This document shows, in pieces, positions 25,953 to 40,900 of a stretch of 64,000 nucleotides of DNA (position 1 is its first letter; every line of letters starts with the position of its first letter). Under the pieces are notes generated by a model. It saw only the letters and a list, made by a program, of their open reading frames with translations. It searched no databases and was not told the DNA's origin. The DNA comes from Eledone cirrhosa. Lineage: Eukaryota. A program made the position numbers and the translations under genes. The DNA lies in assembly GCA_964016885.1 (NCBI GenBank), contig OZ024742.1, positions 17,794,001-17,858,000 on the forward strand. Direction: 5' to 3'.

Positions 25953-28900
25953 GTGTGTGTGTGTGAATGTCAGTGGAGTTGTTGTGTGCGTGTGTGTGTG
26001 AATGTCAGTGGAGATGTTGTGTGCGTGTGTGTGTGAATGTCAGTGGAGATGTTGTGTGCGTGTGAATGTCAGTGGAGATGTTGTGTGCGTGTGTGTGTGA
26101 ATGTCAGTGGAGATGTTGTGTGCGTGTGTGTGTGAATGTCAGTGGAGTTGTTGTGTGTGTGTGTGTGTGAATGTCAGTGGAGATGTTGTGTGCGTGTGTG
26201 TGTGAATGTCAGTGGAGATGTTGTGTGCGTGTGAATGTCAGTGGAGATGTTGTGTGCGTGTGTGTGCGAATGTCAGTGGAGATGTTGTGTGCGTGTGTGT
26301 GTGAATGTCAGTGGAGATGTTGTGTGCGTGTGAATGTCAGTGGAGATGTTGTGTGCGTGTGTGTGTGAATGTCAGTGGAGATGTTGTGTGCGTGTGTGTG
26401 TGAATGTCAGTGGAGTTGTTGTGTGTGTGTGAATGTCAGTGGAGATGTTGTGTGCGTGTGTGTGTGAATGTCAGTGGAGATGTTGTGTGCGTGTGTGTGT
26501 GAATGTCAGTGGAGATGTTGTGTGCGTGTGTGTGTGAATGTCAGTGGAGATGTTGTGTGTGTGTGAATGTCAGTGGAGATGTTGTGTGTGTGTGTGGGAA
26601 TGTCAGTGGAGATGTTGTGTGTGTGTGAATGTCAGTGGAGATGTTGTGTGTGTGTGTGTGTGAATGTCAGTGGAGATGTTGTGTGTGTGTGAATGTCAGT
26701 GGAGATGTTGTGTGTGTGTGAATGTCAGTGGAGATGTTGTGTGTGTGTGTGAATGTCAGTGGAGATGTTGTGTGTGTGTGTGTGAATGTCAGTGGAGATG
26801 CTGTGTGTGTGTGTGTGAATGTCAGTGGAGATGTTGTGTGTGTGTGTGTGTGAATGTCAGTGGAGATGTTGTGTGTGTGTGAATGTCAGTGGAGATGTTG
26901 TGTGTGTGTGTGTGAGTGTCAGTGGAGATGTTGTGTGTGTGTGTGTGTGAATGTCAGTGGAGATGTTGTGTGTGTGTGTGTGTGAATGTCAGTGGAGATG
27001 TTGTGTGTGTGTGTGTGAATGTCAGTGGAGATGTTGTGTGCGTGTGTGTGTGAATGTCAGTGGAGATGTGTGCGTATGTGTGTGAATGTCAGTGGAGATG
27101 TTGTGTGTGTGTGTGTGTGAATGTCAGTGGAGATGTTGTGTGCGTGTGTGTGTGAATGTCAGTGGAGATGTTGTGTGCGTGTGTGTGTGAATGTCAGTGG
27201 AGATGTTGTGTGTGTGTGAATGTCAGTGGAGATGTTGTGTGTGTGTGAATGTCAGTGGAGATGTTGTGTGTGTGTGTGAATGTCAGTGGAGATGTTGTGT
27301 GTGTGTGTGTGAATGTCAGTTGAGATGTTGTGTGCGTGTGTGTGTGAATGTCAGTGGAGATGTTGTGTGTGTGTGTGTGTGAATGTCTGTGGAGATGTTG
27401 TGTGCGTGTGTGTGTGAATGTCAGTGGAGATGTTGTGTGTGTGTGTGTGAATGTCAGTGGAGATGTTGAGTGTGTGTGTGTGTGTGAATGTCAGTGGAGA
27501 TGTTGTGCGTGTGTGTGTGTGAATGTCAGTAGAGATGTTGTGTGTGTGTGTGTGTGTGTGTGTGAATGTCAGTGGAGATGTTGTGTGTGTGTGTGTGTGA
27601 ATGTCAGTGGAGATGTTGTGTGTGTGTGTGTGTGAATGTCAGTGGAGATGTTGTGTGTGTGTGTGTGTGAATGTCAGTGGAGATGTTGTGTGTGTGTGTG
27701 TGAATGTCAGTGGAGATGTTGTTTGCGTGTGTGTGTGAATGTCAGTGGAGATGTGTGCGTATGTGTGTGAATGTCAGTGGAGATGTTGTGTGTGTGTGTG
27801 TGTGAATGTCAGTGGAGATGTTGTGTGTGTGTGAATGTCAGTGGAGATGTTGTGTGTGTGTGTGAATGTCAGTGGAGATGTTGTGTGTGTGTGTGTGAAT
27901 GTCAGTGGCGATGTTGTGTGTGTGTGTGTGAATGTCAGTGGAGATGTTGTGTCTGTGTGTGTGTGAATGTCAGTGGAGATGTTGTGTGTGTGTGAATGTC
28001 AGTGGAGATGTTGTGTGTGTGTGTGTGTGAATGTCAGTGAAGATGTTGTGTGTGTGTGTGTGAATGTCAGTGGAGATGTTGTGTGCGTGTGTGTGTGAAT
28101 GTCAGAGGAGATGTTGTGTGCGTATGTGTGTGAATGTCAGTGGAGATGTTGTGTGCGTGTGTGTGTAAATGTCAGTGGAGATGTTGTGTGTGTGTGTGAA
28201 TGTCTGTGGAGATGTTGTGTGTGTGTGTGTGAATGTCAGTAGAGATGTTGTGTGTGTGTGTGTGAATGTCAGTAGAGATGTTGTGTGTGTGAATGTCAGT
28301 GAAGATGTTGTGTGTGTGTGTGAATGTCAGTGAAGATGTGTGTATGTGTGAATGTCTGTGGAGATGTTGTGTGTGTGTGTGTGAATGTCAGTGGAGATGT
28401 TGTGTGCGTGTGTGTGTGAATGTCAGTTGAGATGTTGTGTGTGTGTGTGTGTCTGTGTGTGTGTGTGTGTGTGTGTGAATGTCAGTGAAGATGTTGTGAG
28501 TGTGTGTGTAAATGTCAGTGGAGATGTTGTGTGTGTGTGTGAATATCAGTGGAGATGTTGTGTGTGTGTGTGTGTGAATGTCAGTGGAGATGTTGTGTGC
28601 GTGTGTGTGTGAATGTCAGTGGAGATGTCGTGTGTGTGTGTGAATGTCAGTGGAGATGTTGTGTGTGTGTGTGTGAATGTCTGTGGAGATGTTGTGTGTG
28701 TGTGTGTGAATGTCAGTGGAGATGTTGTGTGTGTGTGTGAATGTCAGTGGAGATGTTGTGTGTATGTGTGAATGTCTGTGGAGATGTTGTGTGCGTGTGT
28801 GTGTGATTGTCAGTTGAGATGTTGTGTGTGTGTGTGTGTGTGTGAATGTCAGTGAAGATGTTGTGAGTGTGTGTGTAAATGTCAGTGGAGATGTGTGTGT

Positions 28901-31900
28901 GTGTGTAAATGTCAGTGGAGATGTTGTGTGTGTGTGTGAATGTCAGTGGAGATGTTGTATGTGTGTGTGAATGTCAGTGGAGATGTTGTGTGTGTGTGTG
29001 AATGTCAGTGGATATGTTGTGTGTGTGTGTGTGAATGTCAGTGGAGATGTTGTGTGTGTGTGTGTAAATGTCAGTGGAGATGTTGTGTGTGTGTGTGTAT
29101 GTGAATGTCAGTGGAGCTGTTGTGTGTGTAAATGTCAGTGGAAATGTTGTGTGCGTGTATGAATGTCAGTGAGATGTTGTGTGTGTGTGTGTGAATGTCA
29201 GTGGAGATGTGTGTGAATGTAGTGGATATGTTGTGTGTGTGTGTGTGTATGTGAATGTCAGTGGAGATGTTATGTGTGTGTGTTAATGTCACTGAAGACC
29301 TTGAGTGTGTGTGTGAATGTCAGTGGAGCTGTGGTGTGTGTGTGTGAATGTGTATGTAGATGTGTGTGTGTGTGAATGTCAGTGGAGATGTGTGTGAATG
29401 TCAGTGAAGATGTTGTGTGTGTGTGTGTGAATGTAAGTGGTGATGTTGTGTGTGTGTGTATGTGAGTGAATGTCAGTGGAGATGTTGTGTGTGTGTGTGA
29501 ATGTAAGTAGAAGTGATGTGTGCATGTGTGAATGTCAGTGGAGATGTTGTGTGTATGTGTGAATGTTAGTGGAGATGTTGCGTGTGTGTATGAATGTCAG
29601 TGGAGATGTTGTGTGTGTGTGTGAATGTCAGTTGAGATGTTGTGTGTGTGTGTGTGAATGTCAGTGGAGATGTTGTGTGTGTGTGTGAATGTCAGTGGAG
29701 ATGTTATGTGTGTGTGTCAATGTCAGTGAAGATGTTGTGTGTGTGTGTGAATGTCAGTGGAGATGTTGTGTGTGTGTGAGTGAATATCAGTGGAGATGTG
29801 GTGTGTGTGGGTGAATGTCAGTGGAGATGTTGTGTGTGTGTGTGTGAATGTCAGTGGAGGTATTGTGTGTGTGTGTGTGTGAATGTCAGTGGAGATACTG
29901 TGTGTGTGAATGTCAGTGGAGATGTTGTGTGTGTGTGTGTGAATGTCAGTGGAGGTGTTCTGTGTGTGTGAATGTCAGTGGAGATGTTGTGTGTGTGTGT
30001 GTGTGAATGTCAGTGGAGATGTTGTGTGTGTGTGTGTGTGAATGTCAGTGGAGATGTTGTGTGTGTGTGTGAATGTCAGTGGAGATGTTATGTGTGTGTG
30101 AATGTCAGTGGAGATGTTGTGTGTGTGTGTGAATGTCAGTGGAGATGTTATGTGTGTGTGAATGTCAGTGGAAATGTTGTTTCTGTGTGAATGTCAGTGG
30201 AGATGTGTGTGTGTGTGAATGTCAGAGAAGATATTGTGTGTGTGTGTGTGTGTGAATGTGAGTGGAGATGTTGTGTATGTGTGTGTGTGTGAATGTCAGT
30301 GGAGATGTTGTGTGTTTGTGTGTATGAATGTCAGTGATGATGTTGTGTGTGTGTGTGAATGTCAGTTGAGATGTTCTGTATGTGTGTGAATGTCAGTGGA
30401 GATGTTGTGTGTGTGTGAATGTCAGTGAAGATGTTGTGTGTGTGTATGTGTGAATGTCAGTGGAAATGTTGTGTGTCTGTATATGAATGTCAGTGGAGAT
30501 GTTGTGTGTGTATGTGTGAATGTGAGTGGAGATTTTGTGTATGTGTCTGAATGTCAGTGGAGATGTTGTGTGTGTAAATGTCAGTGGAGATGTTGTGTGT
30601 GTGTGCGTGTGAATGTCAGTGGAGATGTTGTGTGTGTGTGTATGAATGTCAGTTGAGATGTTGTGTGTGTGTGTGAATGTCAGTGGAGATGTTGTGTGTG
30701 TGTGTGAATGTAAGTAGAAGTGATGTGTGCATGTGTGAATGTCAGTGGAGATGTTGTGTGTATGTGTGAATGTTAGTGGAGATGTTGCGTGTGTGTATGA
30801 ATGTCAGTGGAGATGTTGTGTGTGTGTGTGAATGTCAGTTGAGATGTTGTGTGTGTGTGTGTGAATGTCAGTGGAGATGTTGTGTGTGTGTGTGAATGTC
30901 AGTGGAGATGTTATGTGTGTGTGTCAATGTCAGTGAAGATGTTGTGTGTGTGTGTGAATGTCAGTGGAGATGTTGTGTGTGTGTGAGTGAATATCAGTGG
31001 AGATGTGGTGTGTGTGGGTGAATGTCAGTGGAGATGTTGTGTGTGTGTGTGTGAATGTCAGTGGAGGTATTGTGTGTGTGTGTGTGTGAATGTCAGTGGA
31101 GATACTGTGTGTGTGAATGTCAGTGGAGATGTTGTGTGTGTGTGTGTGAATGTCAGTGGAGGTGTTCTGTGTGTGTGAATGTCAGTGGAGATGTTGTGTG
31201 TGTGTGTGTGTGAATGTCAGTGGAGATGTTGTGTGTGTGTGTGTGTGAATGTCAGTGGAGATGTTGTGTGTGTGTGTGAATGTCAGTGGAGATGTTATGT
31301 GTGTGTGAATGTCAGTGGAGATGTTGTGTGTGTGTGTGAATGTCAGTGGAGATGTTATGTGTGTGTGAATGTCAGTGGAAATGTTGTTTCTGTGTGAATG
31401 TCAGTGGAGATGTGTGTGTGTGTGAATGTCAGAGAAGATATTGTGTGTGTGTGTGTGTGTGAATGTGAGTGGAGATGTTGTGTATGTGTGTGTGTGTGAA
31501 TGTCAGTGGAGATGTTGTGTGTTTGTGTGTATGAATGTCAGTGATGATGTTGTGTGTGTGTGTGAATGTCAGTTGAGATGTTCTGTATGTGTGTGAATGT
31601 CAGTGGAGATGTTGTGTGTGTGTGAATGTCAGTGAAGATGTTGTGTGTGTGTATGTGTGAATGTCAGTGGAAATGTTGTGTGTCTGTATATGAATGTCAG
31701 TGGAGATGTTGTGTGTGTATGTGTGAATGTGAGTGGAGATTTTGTGTATGTGTCTGAATGTCAGTGGAGATGTTGTGTGTGTAAATGTCAGTGGAGATGT
31801 TGTGTGTGTGTGCGTGTGAATGTCAGTGGAGATGTTGTGTGTGTGTGTATGAATGTCAGTTGAGATGTTGTGTGTGTGTGTGAATGTCAGTGGAGATGTT

Positions 31901-34900
31901 GTGTGTGTCTGTGAATGTCAGTGGAGATGTTATGTGTGTGTGTGAATGTCAGTGGAGATCTTGTGTGTATGTGTAAATGTCGGTGGAGATGTTGTGTGTG
32001 TGTGTGTGAATGTCAGTGGAGATGTTGTGTGTGTATGTGTGAATGTCAGTAGAGATGTTGTGTGTGTGTGTGAATGTCAGTGGAGATGTTGTGTGTATGT
32101 GTGAATGTCAGTGGAGATCTTGTGTGTGTGTAAATGTCAGTGGAGATGTTGTGTGTGTGTGTGTGAATGTCAGTTGAGATGTTGTGTGTGTGTGTGTGAA
32201 TGTCAGTGGAGATGTTGTGTGTGTGTGTGAATGTCAGTGGAGATGTTGTGTGTGTGTGTGTATGTGAATGTCAGTGGAGCTGTTGTGTGTGTGAATGTCA
32301 GTGGAGATGTTGTGTGTGTGTATGAATGTCAGTGAGATGTTGTGTGTGTGTCTGTGAATGTCAGTGGAGATGTGTGTGAATGTAGTGGATATGTTGTGTG
32401 TGTGTGTGTGTGTGAATGTCAGTGGAGATGTTATGTGTGTGTGTGTGTTAATGTCACTGAAGATCTTGAGTGTGTGTGTGAATGTCAGTGGAGATGTGTG
32501 TGAATGTCAGTGAAGATGTTGTGTGTGTGTGTGTGAATGTGAGTGGTGATGTTGTGTGTGTGTGTATGTGAGTGAATGTCAGTGGAGATGTTGTGTGTGT
32601 GTGTGAATGTCAGTAGAAGTGATGTGTGCATGTGTGAATGTCAGTGGAGATGTTGTGTGTATGTGTGAATGTTAGTGGAGATGTTGCGTGTGTGTGTGAA
32701 TGTCAGTGGAGATGTTGTGTGTGTGTGTGAATGTCAGTGGAGATGTTGTGTGTGTGTGTGAATGTCAGTGGAGATGTTGTGTGTGTGTGAGTGAATATCA
32801 GTGGATATGTGGTGTGTGTGGGTGAATGTCAGTGGAGATGTTGTGTTTGTGTGTGTGAATGTCAGTGGAGATGTTGTGTGTGTGTGTGAATGTCAGTGGA
32901 TATGTTGTGTGTGTGTGTGTGAATGTCAGTGGAGGTGTTGTGTGTGTGTGTGTGTGTGAATGTCAGTGGAGATGTTCTGTGTGTGTGTGTGTGAATGCCA
33001 GTGGAGATGTTGTGTGTGTGTGTGTGTGAATGTCAGTGGAGATGTTGTGTGTGTGTGTGAATGTCAGTGGAGATGTTATGTGTGTGAATGTCAGTGAAGA
33101 TGTTATGTGTGTGTGAATGTCAGTGGAAATGTTGTTTCTGTGTGAATGTCAGTGGAGATGTGTGTGTGTGTGAATGTCAGTGAAGATATTGTGTGTGTGT
33201 GTGTGTGAATGTTAGTGGAGATGTTGTGTATGTGTGTGTGTGTAAATGTCAGTGGAGATGTTGTGTGTTTGTGTGTATGAATGTCAGTGGTGATGTGTGT
33301 GTGTGTGAATGTCAGTTGAGATGTTCTGTACGTGTGTGAATGTCAGTGGAGATGTTGTGTGTGTGTGAATGTCTGTGAAGATGTTGTGTGTGTGTATGTG
33401 TGAATGTCAGTGGAAATGTTGTGTGTATGTATATAAATGTCAGTGGAGATGTTGTGTGTGTATGTGTTAATGTCAGTGGAGATTTTGTGTATGTGTCTGA
33501 ATGTCAGTGGAGATGTTGTGTGTGTAAATGTCAGTGGAGATGTTGTGTGTGTGTGCGTGTAAATGTCAGTGGAGATGTTGTGTGTGTGTGTGAATGTCAG
33601 TGGAGATATTGTGTGTGTGTGTGTGTGTGAATGTCAGTGGAGATGTTGTGTGTGTGTTTGAATGTCAGTGGAGATGTTGTGTGTGTGTGTGTGAATGTCA
33701 GTGGACATGTTGTGTGTGTGTGTGTGTATGTCAGTGGAGATGTTGTGTGTGTGTGTGAATGTCAGTGGAGATGTTGTGTGTGTGTGTGTGTGTGTGAATG
33801 TCAAGGAAGATGTTGTGTGTGTGTGTGAATGTCAGTGGGGATGTTGTGTGTGTGTGTGTGTGAATGTCAGTGGAAATGTTGTGTGTGTGTGTGAATGTCA
33901 GTGGAGATGTTGTGTGTGTGTGTGTGAATGTCAGTGGAGATGTTGTGTGTGTGTGAATGTCAGTGGAGATGTTGTGTGTGTGAATGTCAGTGGAGATATT
34001 GTGTGTGTGTGTGAATGTCAGTGGAGATGTTGTGTGTATGTGTGTGTGAATGTCAGTGGAGATGTTGTGTGTGTGTTTGTGAATGTCAGTTGAGAAGTTG
34101 TGTGTGTGTGTGTGAATGTCAGTTGAGATGTTGTGTGTGTGTGTGTGAATGTCAGTTGAGATGTTCTGCGTCTGTGTGAATGTCAGTGGAGATGTTGTGT
34201 GTGTGTGTGAATGTCAGTGGAGATGTTGTGTATGTGTGAATGTCAGTGGAGATGTTGTGTGTGTGTGTGTGTGTGAATGTCAGTGGAGATCTTGTGTGTG
34301 TGTAAATGTCAGTGTAGATGTTGTGTGAGTGTGTGTGAATGTCAGTTGAGATGTTGTGCGTGTGTGTGAATGTCAGTGGAGATGTTGTGTGTGTGTGAAT
34401 GTCAGTGGAGATGTTGTGTGTGTGTGTGTAAATGTCAGTGGAGATGTTGTGTGTGTGTGAATGTCAGTGGAGACGTTGTGTGTGTGAGTGTGTGAATGTC
34501 AGTGGAAATGTTGTGTGTGTGTGAATGTCAGTGGAGATGTTGTGTGTGTGTGTGTGTGTGTGTGAATGTCAGTAGAGATGTTGTGTGTGTGAATGTCAGT
34601 GGAGATGTTATGTGTGTGTGTGAATGTCAGTGGAGATGTTGTGTGTCTGTGTGTGTGAATGTCAGTGGAAATGTTGTGTGTGTGTGTGTGTGAATGTCAG
34701 TGGAGATGTTGTTTGTGTAAATGTCAGTGGAGATGTTGTGTGTGTTTGTGTGTGAATGTCAGTGGAGATGTTGTGTTTGTTTGTGTGTGTGTGTGAATGT
34801 CAGTGGAGATATTGTGTGTGTGTGTCAATGTCAGTGGAGATGTTGTGTGTGTGTGTCAATGTCAGTGGAGATGTTGTGTGTGTGTGTGTAAATGTCAGTG

Positions 34901-37900
34901 GAGATGTTGTGTGTGTGTGTGAATGTCAGTGGAGATGTTGTGTGTGTGTGAATGTCAGTGAAGATGTGTGTATGTGTGAATGTCAGTGGAGATGTTGTGT
35001 GTGTGTGTATGAATGTCAGTTGAGATGTTGTGTGTGTGTGTGAATGTCAGTGGAGATGTTGTGTGTGTGTGTGAATGTCAGTGGAGATGTTGTGTGTGTG
35101 TGTGAATGTCAGTGGAGATCTTGTGTGTATGTGTGTAAATGTCGGTGGAGATGTTGTGTGTGTGTGTGTGAATGTCAGTTGAGATGTTGTGTGTGTGTGT
35201 GTGAATGTCAGTGGAGATGTTGTGTGTGTGTGTGTGAACGTCAGTGGAGATGTTGTGTGTGTATGTGTGAATGTCAGTAGAGATGTTGTGTGTGTGTGTG
35301 AATGTCAGTGGAGATGTTGTGTGTATGTGTGAATGTCAGTGGAGATCTTGTGTGTGTGTAAATGTCAGTGGAGATGTTGTGTGTGTGTGTGAATGTCAGT
35401 TGAGATGTTGTGTGTGTGTGAATGTCAGTGGAGATGTTGTGTGTGTGTGTGAATGTCAGTGAAGATGTTGTGTGTATGTGTGAATGTCAGTGGAGATGTT
35501 GTGTGTGTGTGTGTGAATGTCAGTGGAGATGTTGTGTGTGTGTGTGTGAATGTCAGTGGAGATGCTGTGTGTGTGTGTGAATGTCAGTGGAGATGTTGTG
35601 TGTGTGTGTGAATGTCAGTGGAGATGTTGTGTGTGTGTGTGTGAATGTCAGTGGAGATGTTGTGTGTGTGTGTGAATGTCAGTTGAGATGTTGTGTGTGT
35701 GTGTGTGAATGTCAGTGGAGATGTTGTGTGTGTGTGTGAATGTCAGTGGAGATGTTATGTGTGTGTGTCAATGTCAGTGAAGATGTTGTGTGTGTGTGTG
35801 AATGTCAGTGGAGATGTTGTGTGTGTGTGAGTGAATATCAGTGGAGATGTGGTGTGTGTGGGTGAATGTCAGTGGAGATGTTGTGTGTGTGTGTGTGAAT
35901 GTCAGTGGAGGTATTGTGTGTGTGTGTGTGTGAATGTCAGTGGAGATACTGTGTGTGTGAATGTCAGTGGAGATGTTGTGTGTGTGTGTGAATGTCAGTG
36001 GATATGTTGTGTGTGTGTGTGTGAATGTCAGTGGAGGTGTTGTGTGTGTGTGAATGTGAATGTCAGTGGAGATGTTCTGTGTGTGTGAATGTCAGTGGAG
36101 ATGTTGTGTGTGTGTGTGTGTGAATGTCAGTGGAGATGTTGTGTGTGTGTGTGTGTGAATGTCAGTGGAGATGTTGTGTGTGTGTGTGAATGTCAGTGGA
36201 GATGTTATGTGTGTGTGAATGTCAGTGGAGATGTTGTGTGTGTGTGTGAATGTCAGTGGAGATGTTATGTGTGTGTGAATGTCAGTGGAAATGTTGTTTC
36301 TGTGTGAATGTCAGTGGAGATGTGTGTGTGTGTGAATGTCAGTGAAGATATTGTGTGTGTGTGTGTGTGTGAATGTGAGTGGAGATGTTGTGTATGTGTG
36401 TGTGTGTGAATGTCAGTGGAGATGTTGTGTGTTTGTGTGTATGAATGTCAGTGGTGATGTTGTGTGTGTGTGTGAATGTCAGTTGGGATGTTCTGTATGT
36501 GTGTGAATGTCAGTGGAGATGTTGTGTGTGTGTGAATGTCAGTGAAGATGTTGTGTGTGTGTATGTGTGAATGTCAGTGGAAATGTTGTGTGTCTGTATA
36601 TGAATGTCAGTGGAGATGTTGTGTGTGTATGTGTGAATGTGAGTGGAGATTTTGTGTATGTGTCTGAATGTCAGTGGAGATGTTGTGTGTGTAAATGTCA
36701 GTGGAGATGTTGTGTGTGTGTGCGTGTGAATGTCAGTGGAGATGTTGTGTGTGTGTGTATGAATGTCAGTTGAGATGTTGTGTGTGTGTGTGAATGTCAG
36801 TGGAGATGTTGTGTGTGTCTGTGAATGTCAGTGGAGATGTTATGTGTGTGTGTGAATGTCAGTGGAGATCTTGTGTGTATGTGTAAATGTCGGTGGAGAT
36901 GTTGTGTGTGTGTGTGTGAATGTCAGTGGAGATGTTGTGTGTGTATGTGTGAATGTCAGTAGAGATGTTGTGTGTGTGTGTGAATGTCAGTGGAGATGTT
37001 GTGTGTGTGTGTGAATGTCAGTGGAGATGTTGTGTGTATGTGTGAATGTCAGTGGAGATCTTGTGTGTGTGTGTGTAAATGTCAGTGGAGATGTTGTGTG
37101 TGTGTGTGTGAATGTCAGTTGAGATGTTGTGTGTGTGTGTGTGAATGTCAGTGGAGATGTTGTGTGTGTGTGTGAATGTCAGTGGAGATGTTGTGTGTGT
37201 GTGTGTATGTGAATGTCAGTGGAGCTGTTGTGTGTGTGAATGTCAGTGGAGATGTTGTGTGTGTGTATGAATGTCAGTGAGATGTTGTGTGTGTGTCTGT
37301 GAATGTCAGTGGAGATGTGTGTGAATGTAGTGGATATGTTGTGTGTGTGTGTGTGTGTGAATGTCAGTGGAGATGTTATGTGTGTGTGTGTGTTAATGTC
37401 ACTGAAGATCTTGAGTGTGTGTGTGAATGTCAGTGGAGCTGTTGTGTGTGTGTGTGAATGTGTATGGAGATGTGTGTGTGTGTGAATGTCAGTGGAGATG
37501 TGTGTGAATGTCAGTGAAGATGTTGTGTGTGTGTGTGTGAATGTGAGTGGTGATGTTGTGTGTGTGTGTATGTGAGTGAATGTCAGTGGAGATGTTGTGT
37601 GTGTGTGTGAATGTCAGTAGAAGTGATGTGTGCATGTGTGAATGTCAGTGGAGATGTTGTGTGTATGTGTGAATGTTAGTGGAGATGTTGCGTGTGTGTG
37701 TGAATGTCAGTGGAGATGTTGTGTGTGTGTGTGAATGTCAGTGGAGATGTTGTGTGTGTGTGTGAATGTCAGTGGAGATGTTGTGTGTGTGTGAGTGAAT
37801 ATCAGTGGATATGTGGTGTGTGTGGGTGAATGTCAGTGGAGATGTTGTGTTTGTGTGTGTGAATGTCAGTGGAGATGTTGTGTGTGTGTGTGAATGTCAG

Positions 37901-40900
37901 TGGATATGTTGTGTGTGTGTGTGTGAATGTCAGTGGAGGTGTTGTGTGTGTGTGTGTGTGTGAATGTCAGTGGAGATGTTCTGTGTGTGTGTGAATGTCA
38001 GTGGAGATGTTGTGTGTGTGTGTGTGTGAATGTCAGTGGAGATGTTGTGTGTGTGTGTGTGTGAATGTCAGTGGAGATGTTGTGTGTGTGTGTGAATGTC
38101 AGTGGAGATGTTATGTGTGTGAATGTCAGTGAAGATGTTATGTGTGTGTGAATGTCAGTGGAAATGTTGTTTCTGTGTGAATGTCAGTGGAGATGTGTGT
38201 GTGTGTGAATGTCAGTGAAGATATTGTGTGTGTGTGTGTGTGAATGTTAGTGGAGATGTTGTGTATGTGTGTGTGTGTAAATGTCAGTGGAGATGTTGTG
38301 TGTTTGTGTGTATGAATGTCAGTGGTGATGTTGTGTGTGTGTGTGAATGTCAGTTGAGATGTTCTGTACGTGTGTGAATGTCAGTGGAGATGTTGTGTGT
38401 GTGTGAATGTCAGTGAAGATGTTGTGTGTGTGTATGTGTGAATGTCAGTGGAAATGTTGTGTGTATGTATATAAATGTCAGTGGAGATGTTGTGTGTGTA
38501 TGTGTTAATGTCAGTGGAGATTTTGTGTATGTGTCTGAATGTCAGTGGAGATGTTGTGTGTGTAAATGTCAGTGGAGATGTTGTGTGTGTGTGCGTGTAA
38601 ATGTCAGTGGAGATGTTGTGTGTGTGTGTGAATGTCAATCGAAATCTTGTGTATGTGTGTATGAATGTCAGTGGAGATGTTGTGTGTGTGCGTGTGAATG
38701 TCAGTGGAGATGTTGTGTGTGTGTGTGTGTGAATGTAAGTGGAGATGTTGTGTGTGTGTGTGAATGTCAGTGGAGATATTGTGTGTGTGTGTGTGTGTGA
38801 ATGTCAGTGGAGATGTTGTGTGTGTGTTTGAATGTCAGTGGAGATGTTGTGTGTGTGTGTGTGAATGTCAGTGGACATGTTGTGTGTGTGTGTGTGTATG
38901 TCAGTGGAGATGTTGTGTGTGTGTGTGAATGTCAGTGGAGATGTTGTGTGTGTGTGTGTGTGTGTGAATGTCAAGGAAGATGTTGTGTGTGTGTGTGAAT
39001 GTCAGTGGGGATGTTGTGTGTGTGTGTGTGTGAATGTCAGTGGAAATGTTGTGTGTGTGTGTGTGAATGTCAGTGGAGATGTTGTGTGTGTGTGTGTGAA
39101 TGTCAGTGGAGATGTTGTGTGTGTGTGAATGTCAGTGGAGATGTTGTGTGTGTGAATGTCAGTGGAGATATTGTGTGTGTGTGTGAATGTCAGTGGAGAT
39201 GTTGTGTGTATGTGTGTGTGAATGTCAGTGGAGATGTTGTGTGTGTGTTTGTGAATGTCAGTTGAGAAGTTGTGTGTGTGTGTGTGAATGTCAGTTGAGA
39301 TGTTGTGTGTGTGTGTGTGAATGTCAGTTGAGATGTTCTGCGTCTGTGTGAATGTCAGTGGAGATGTTGTGTGTGTGTGTGAATGTCAGTGGAGATGTTG
39401 TGTATGTGTGAATGTCAGTGGAGATGTTGTGTGTGTGTGTGTGTGTGAATGTCAGTGGAGATCTTGTGTGTGTGTAAATGTCAGTGTAGATGTTGTGTGA
39501 GTGTGTGTGAATGTCAGTTGAGATGTTGTGCGTGTGTGTGAATGTCAGTGGAGATGTTGTGTGTGTGTGAATGTCAGTGGAGATGTTGTGTGTGTGTGTG
39601 TAAATGTCAGTGGAGATGTTGTGTGTGTGTGAATGTCAGTGGAGATGTTGTGTGTGTGAGTGTGTGAATGTCAGTGGAAATGTTGTGTGTGTGTGAATGT
39701 CAGTGGAGATGTTGTGTGTGTGTGTGTGTGTGTGTGAATGTCAGTAGAGATGTTGTGTGTGTGAATGTCAGTGGAGATGTTATGTGTGTGTGTGAATGTC
39801 AGTGGAGATGTTGTGTGTCTGTGTGTGTGAATGTCAGTGGAAATGTTGTGTGTGTGTGTGTGTGAATGTCAGTGGAGATGTTGTTTGTGTAAATGTCAGT
39901 GGAGATGTTGTGTGTGTTTGTGTGTGAATGTCAGTGGAGATGTTGTGTTTGTTTGTGTGTGTGTGTGAATGTCAGTGGAGATATTGTGTGTGTGTGTCAA
40001 TGTCAGTGGAGATGTTGTGTGTGTGTGTCAATGTCAGTGGAGATGTTGTGTGTGTGTGTGTAAATGTCAGTGGAGATGTTGTGTGTGTGTGTGAATGTCA
40101 GTGGAGATGTTGTGTGTGTGTGAATGTCAGTGAAGATGTGTGTATGTGTGAATGTCAGTGGAGATGTTGTGTGTGTGTGTATGAATGTCAGTTGAGATGT
40201 TGTGTGTGTGTGTGAATGTCAGTGGAGATGTTGTGTGTGTGTGTGAATGTCAGTGGAGATGTTGTGTGTGTGTGTGAATGTCAGTGGAGATCTTGTGTGT
40301 ATGTGTGTAAATGTCGGTGGAGATGTTGTGTGTGTGTGTGTGAATGTCAGTTGAGATGTTGTGGGTGTGTGTGTGAATGTCAGTGGAGATGTTGTGTGTG
40401 TGTGTGTGAACGTCAGTGGAGATGTTGTGTGTGTATGTGTGAATGTCAGTAGAGATGTTGTGTGTGTGTGTGAATGTCAGTGGAGATGTTGTGTGTATGT
40501 GTGAATGTCAGTGGAGATCTTGTGTGTGTGTAAATGTCAGTGGAGATGTTGTGTGTGTGTGTGAATGTCAGTTGAGATGTTGTGTGTGTGTGAATGTCAG
40601 TGGAGATGTTGTGTGTGTGTGTGAATGTCAGTGAAGATGTTGTGTGTATGTGTGAATGTCAGTGGAGATGTTGTGTGTGTGTGTGTGTGAATGTCAGTGG
40701 AGATGTTGTGTGTGTGTGTGTGAATGTCAGTGGAGATGCTGTGTGTGTGTGTGAATGTCAGTGGAGATGTTGTGTGTGTGTGTGAATGTCAGTGGAGATG
40801 TTGTGTGTGTGTGTGTGAATGTCAGTGGAGATGTTGTGTGTGTGTGAATGTCAGTGAAGATGTTGTGTGTATGTGTGAATGTCAGTGGAGATGTTGTGTG